A stretch of 64,000 bases of DNA, from the NCBI GenBank assembly GCA_024235995.1, contig JACKLI010000001.1, positions 2,884,145-2,948,144 on the forward strand, given 5' to 3'. Of the stretch, positions 59,377 to 64,000 are shown in pieces (the stretch's first letter is position 1; each line of letters starts with the position of its first letter). This DNA is from Burkholderiaceae bacterium. GTDB lineage: Bacteria > Pseudomonadota > Gammaproteobacteria > Burkholderiales > Burkholderiaceae_C. A program made the position numbers and the translations under genes. Below the pieces are notes generated by a model. That model was not told where the DNA came from. It made no database searches and saw nothing but the letters and a program-made list of their open reading frames with translations.

Positions 59377-60342
59377 ATGTTTGCAGTCTATGCCTCCCAA
59401 GCCAAGCCGGACGACCCCCAGTCCGCACTCGTCGTGGGCGAGCGCCCGGCGCCGGACGTGCCGCCCGGCCACGTCGCCGTCAACGTGCGCGCCGCCAGCC
59501 TGAACATGCACGACGTGTGGACGCTGCGCGGCGTGGGCATTCGCGCCGAGCAGTTCCCGATGATCCTGGGCATGGACGGCGCGGGCGTCACCGACGACGG
59601 CCGCGAGGTGGTGATCCACTCGGTCATCCCCTCGCCCGGCTGGCGCGGCGACGAGACGCTGGACCCCCGGCGCAGCATGCTGACCGAGAGCTACCAGGGC
59701 ACGTTTGCCGACCGGGTGGTCGTGCCCGAGACCAACGTGCTGCCCAAGCCGGCGGCCCTGTCCTTCAGCGAGGCGGCCTGCATGGGCACCGCCTGGCTCA
59801 CCGCCTACCGCATGCTGTTCGTCAAGTCCGGCCTGCGGCCCGGGCAAACGATGCTGGTGCAAGGCGCATCGGGCGGCGTGCCCACCGCCCTGATCCAGCT
59901 CGGGCGCGCGGCCGGGCTCCAGGTCTGGGTGACGGGCCGCAGCGAAGCCAAGCGCGCGCTGGCGCTCGAACTGGGCGCGCAGGCCGCGTTCGAGCCCGGC
60001 GCGCGCCTGCCCGACCGGGTGGATGGCGTGTTCGACAGCGTCGGCCGCCAGACCTGGTCGCACTCGCTGCGCGCGCTCAAGCCGGGCGGCGTGCTGGTCA
60101 CCTGCGGCGCCACCACGGGCGACGCGACCGCCGCCGAGCTGCAGCGGGTGTTCTTCCTGCAGCTGCGCATTCTGGGCTCGACCATGGGCACGCGCAGCGA
60201 ACTGGCCGACCTGCTGAGCTTCTGCGTGCAGGCCGGCATCCACCCGCGCATCGGCGCCGAGCTGCCCATGGCCGAGGCCGCCAAGGCCTTCCGGCTGATG
60301 ATGGACGGCGAGACGGGCGGCAAGGTTGTGCTCACCCGCTGA
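59377..60342 (+). CDS. Zinc-type alcohol dehydrogenase/quinone oxidoreductase (MDR) family protein
   Basis: The GroES-like N-terminus carries NMHDVW. The Rossmann region is VQGASGGVPTALIQLGRAAG, and the tail is GKVVLT. Confidence 0.87.
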   Translation: MFAVYASQAKPDDPQSALVVGERPAPDVPPGHVAVNVRAASLNMHDVWTLRGVGIRAEQFPMILGMDGAGVTDDGREVVIHSVIPSPGWRGDETLDPRRSMLTESYQGTFADRVVVPETNVLPKPAALSFSEAACMGTAWLTAYRMLFVKSGLRPGQTMLVQGASGGVPTALIQLGRAAGLQVWVTGRSEAKRALALELGAQAAFEPGARLPDRVDGVFDSVGRQTWSHSLRALKPGGVLVTCGATTGDATAAELQRVFFLQLRILGSTMGTRSELADLLSFCVQAGIHPRIGAELPMAEAAKAFRLMMDGETGGKVVLTR

Positions 60343-60368
60343 CGGATGCGAACCGCCGCTGCCTCCAT

Positions 60369-60636
60369 TAGGGCCTGTTAACGCTATGAAAGGGGTCGCG
60401 AAGCTCATGACAGCCTGCCCATCAAGGCGCGCGACGCCGTGCGTGCGTCGGCACGCACAAGAAGCGCAACGCCGAGGGGCGGGCTGTCATGAGCTTCCCT
60501 TCGGGTTGTCTCGCCAAGGGGCCGTCTGCGGCGTTGCCCGCGCTTGCAAGGCTCCAGCCTTGCTTCGCGCAGGCGCCTTGCATCCAGCCCCTTGGCGAGA
60601 CAACGCGATCCCCTTTCATAGCGTTAACAGGCCCTA
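60369..60636. mobile_element. MITE-like non-autonomous element (268 bp)
   Basis: 27-bp perfect terminal inverted repeats TAGGGCCTGTTAACGCTATGAAAGGGG at 60369-60395 and 60610-60636. The outermost TA on each side could be a TA target duplication. The interior consists of two long hairpins, and I see no credible ORF. Confidence 0.72.
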
Positions 60637-61515
60637 GCCCATCAGCTCGTTGGCCAGCAGGGCGCCGATGACCAGCGCACCGCCCTGCAGCACCTCGGGC
60701 CGCGGCGCCTCGCCGGCGATGGCCCAGACCAGGCCGATGCCGAACACGATCTCCAGCAGGCCCAGCAGCGACACCTCGGCGGCGGGCAGCACCCGCGCGC
60801 ACAGCACGGCCAGCACGCACGGGATGGCCAGTTGCCCCACGCCCAGCGCGGCCAGCCAGCCCAAATCGCGCGCCGACGCGGCCTGAGGCCAGGCCCAGGG
60901 CGCCACCGCCAGCGCCGACAGCACGGCGCCCAGCAGCACGGCGGGCACCAAGTCGACCGGCGTGCCGCGCGATTGACCCTGCTGCGATGCCGTCCAGTTG
61001 ACGGCCGCGGCCACCGGCACGCCCAGCGCGACGATGGAGCCCAGCCAGGCCGAAGCATCGCCAGCATCGCCCAATTGGCCAGCAAACATCCAGGCCATGC
61101 CGAGGCCCGCCACGGCAATCGCCACCCAGGTGCGGCGCGGCAGGCGCCGGCCGGTCACCACGCGCGACAGCAGCGCCGTCAGGAAAGGGCCGAAGGCCAT
61201 GGTCACCAGCACGCGCGCCACGCCGGTGAGCGAGAGCGCCACCATGAAGGCGGTGAACATGACGGCCCAGCACAGCCCCGACAGCCACAGCGCCGGCTGG
61301 CCCCAGGCGATGCGCGCCCACACGCCGCGCCCGCGCCACAGCGGCAGGATGACGAGCAGCGCCAGCACGGTGAAGGCGCTGCGCCAGAAGGTGACCTCCA
61401 GGCCCTGGGCGTGCTCGATCTGGCGCGTGACGACGCCCGCCGTGCCCCACAGGAAGGTGGTCAGCACCATCATCCACACCGCGCGGGTGTGCGACCAGGA
61501 TGGGTGGGCCGTCAC
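60634..61515 (-). CDS. EamA/DMT family transporter
   Basis: 293 aa with ten predicted TM helices in a duplicated EamA pattern. Its TAG stop (60634-60636) lies inside the MITE terminal repeat. Confidence 0.83.
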   Translation of the reverse strand: MTAHPSWSHTRAVWMMVLTTFLWGTAGVVTRQIEHAQGLEVTFWRSAFTVLALLVILPLWRGRGVWARIAWGQPALWLSGLCWAVMFTAFMVALSLTGVARVLVTMAFGPFLTALLSRVVTGRRLPRRTWVAIAVAGLGMAWMFAGQLGDAGDASAWLGSIVALGVPVAAAVNWTASQQGQSRGTPVDLVPAVLLGAVLSALAVAPWAWPQAASARDLGWLAALGVGQLAIPCVLAVLCARVLPAAEVSLLGLLEIVFGIGLVWAIAGEAPRPEVLQGGALVIGALLANELMG

Positions 61516-61532
61516 GCGAAGTCGGCCGTGCG

Positions 61533-63365
<1,833 letters not shown>

Positions 63366-63394
63366 GATGGGTATGGACAGAAAAAAACAAGGAA

Positions 63395-64000
63395 TCAAGG
63401 CAGCGCGGGCACGCGGATGTGATCGGGCGGCAGGCCCTGGGCATGGCGCTCCCAGGCCAGGTCGAACGCGCGCTCCAGGTGGCGGGCAAAACGCGCCGTG
63501 TCGAACAGCGGCACGGCCAGGCGCGTTTGGGCCAGTTGCCGCTTGAATGCCTGCACGCGCTCGGGCTCGGCCGACAGCTGCAGCGCCTGATCGACGTAGG
63601 CCCGGGCGTCGTGCGTGACCAGATCGGGCAGCCCGCAGGCCTGCAGCAGGCTGGCGCCCACGCGCGCGGCAAAGCTGGCGCCGGCGCAGGTCAGCACCGG
63701 CAGGCCGGCCCACAGCGCGTCGCTGGCGGTGGTGTGGGCGTTGTAGGGCCAGGTGTCCAGGAACAGGTCGGCGCAGGCGTGGCGCGCCAGGTGCTGCGGC
63801 AGCGGCGCGCGCCCGGCAAACACCAGCCGCTGGGCATCGACGCCGTGGGCCGCGGCTGCGGCACGCAGGTTGCGGCGGGCATCGCCTTCGGGCACCAGCA
63901 GCCACAGCACGCTGGCCGGGCGCTGGCGCAGCAGCTCCATCCACAGGCCGAACACCTCGCGCGTGATCTTGTAATGGTGGTTGAAGCAGCAGAACACGAA
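63395..64000 (-). CDS. SPINDLY/O-GlcNAc-transferase-like glycosyltransferase (GT41), C-terminal part; 5' end outside the window
   Basis: [11 protein letters not shown]..., [27 protein letters not shown] and [13 protein letters not shown] are typical of the GT41 C-terminal catalytic lobe. The frame stays open to the window edge. Confidence 0.7.
   Translation of the reverse strand, partial: FVFCCFNHHYKITREVFGLWMELLRQRPASVLWLLVPEGDARRNLRAAAAAHGVDAQRLVFAGRAPLPQHLARHACADLFLDTWPYNAHTTASDALWAGLPVLTCAGASFAARVGASLLQACGLPDLVTHDARAYVDQALQLSAEPERVQAFKRQLAQTRLAVPLFDTARFARHLERAFDLAWERHAQGLPPDHIRVPALP

Noticed and set aside
60326-60671. ORFs of 103 aa and 60 aa within the MITE-like element.
   Set aside because: They run through perfect inverted repeats and hairpin arms, start inside the preceding gene or lack an RBS, and have an Ala/Arg/Pro-rich shadow-frame composition.

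Overview
This is a high-GC chromosomal window of roughly 70 % G+C. Gene content and the presence of a Bug/TctC protein suggest a Comamonadaceae-type betaproteobacterium. All function calls come from reading the ORF translations and recalling family motifs; no searches were run.

Most of the window is housekeeping:
- dnaG (3' end) and rpoD
- a liv-type branched-chain amino-acid ABC transporter
- a Nudix gene, rplS, trmD and hslO
- xerD
- queG, tsaE and an amidase gene
- mutL and miaA
- rpsF-priB-rpsR-rplI
- tolB-pal-ybgF
- msbA
- a bkd (branched-chain 2-oxoacid dehydrogenase) operon
- typA

Four accessory patches interrupt this core:
1. A 306-bp diverged copy of the xerD 3' end lies 2.5 kb from intact xerD. 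The two copies bracket a secreted-amidase/LuxR cassette, which is the footprint expected from integration at the xerD 3' end.
2. A lower-GC island splits the ancestral tsaE-amidase/mutL-miaA arrangement. It encodes GntR, an acyl-CoA ligase, a 71-aa biotinyl protein, a TctC binding protein and an acyl-CoA carboxyltransferase, but no biotin carboxylase.
3. An AT-rich orphan segment is followed by an IS5-family element with non-matching flanks, an older IS remnant and a ParE-type toxin-antitoxin pair.
4. A 268-bp element resembling a MITE (miniature inverted-repeat transposable element), with 27-bp perfect terminal inverted repeats, sits between convergent genes.

A short hairpin-forming REP-like (repetitive extragenic palindrome-type) dispersed repeat also occurs in several intergenic sites. 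It apparently also occurs in frame inside linker regions of mutL, miaA and bkdB.

I saw no rRNA, tRNA or CRISPR array, and I could not recognise any canonical defence system.
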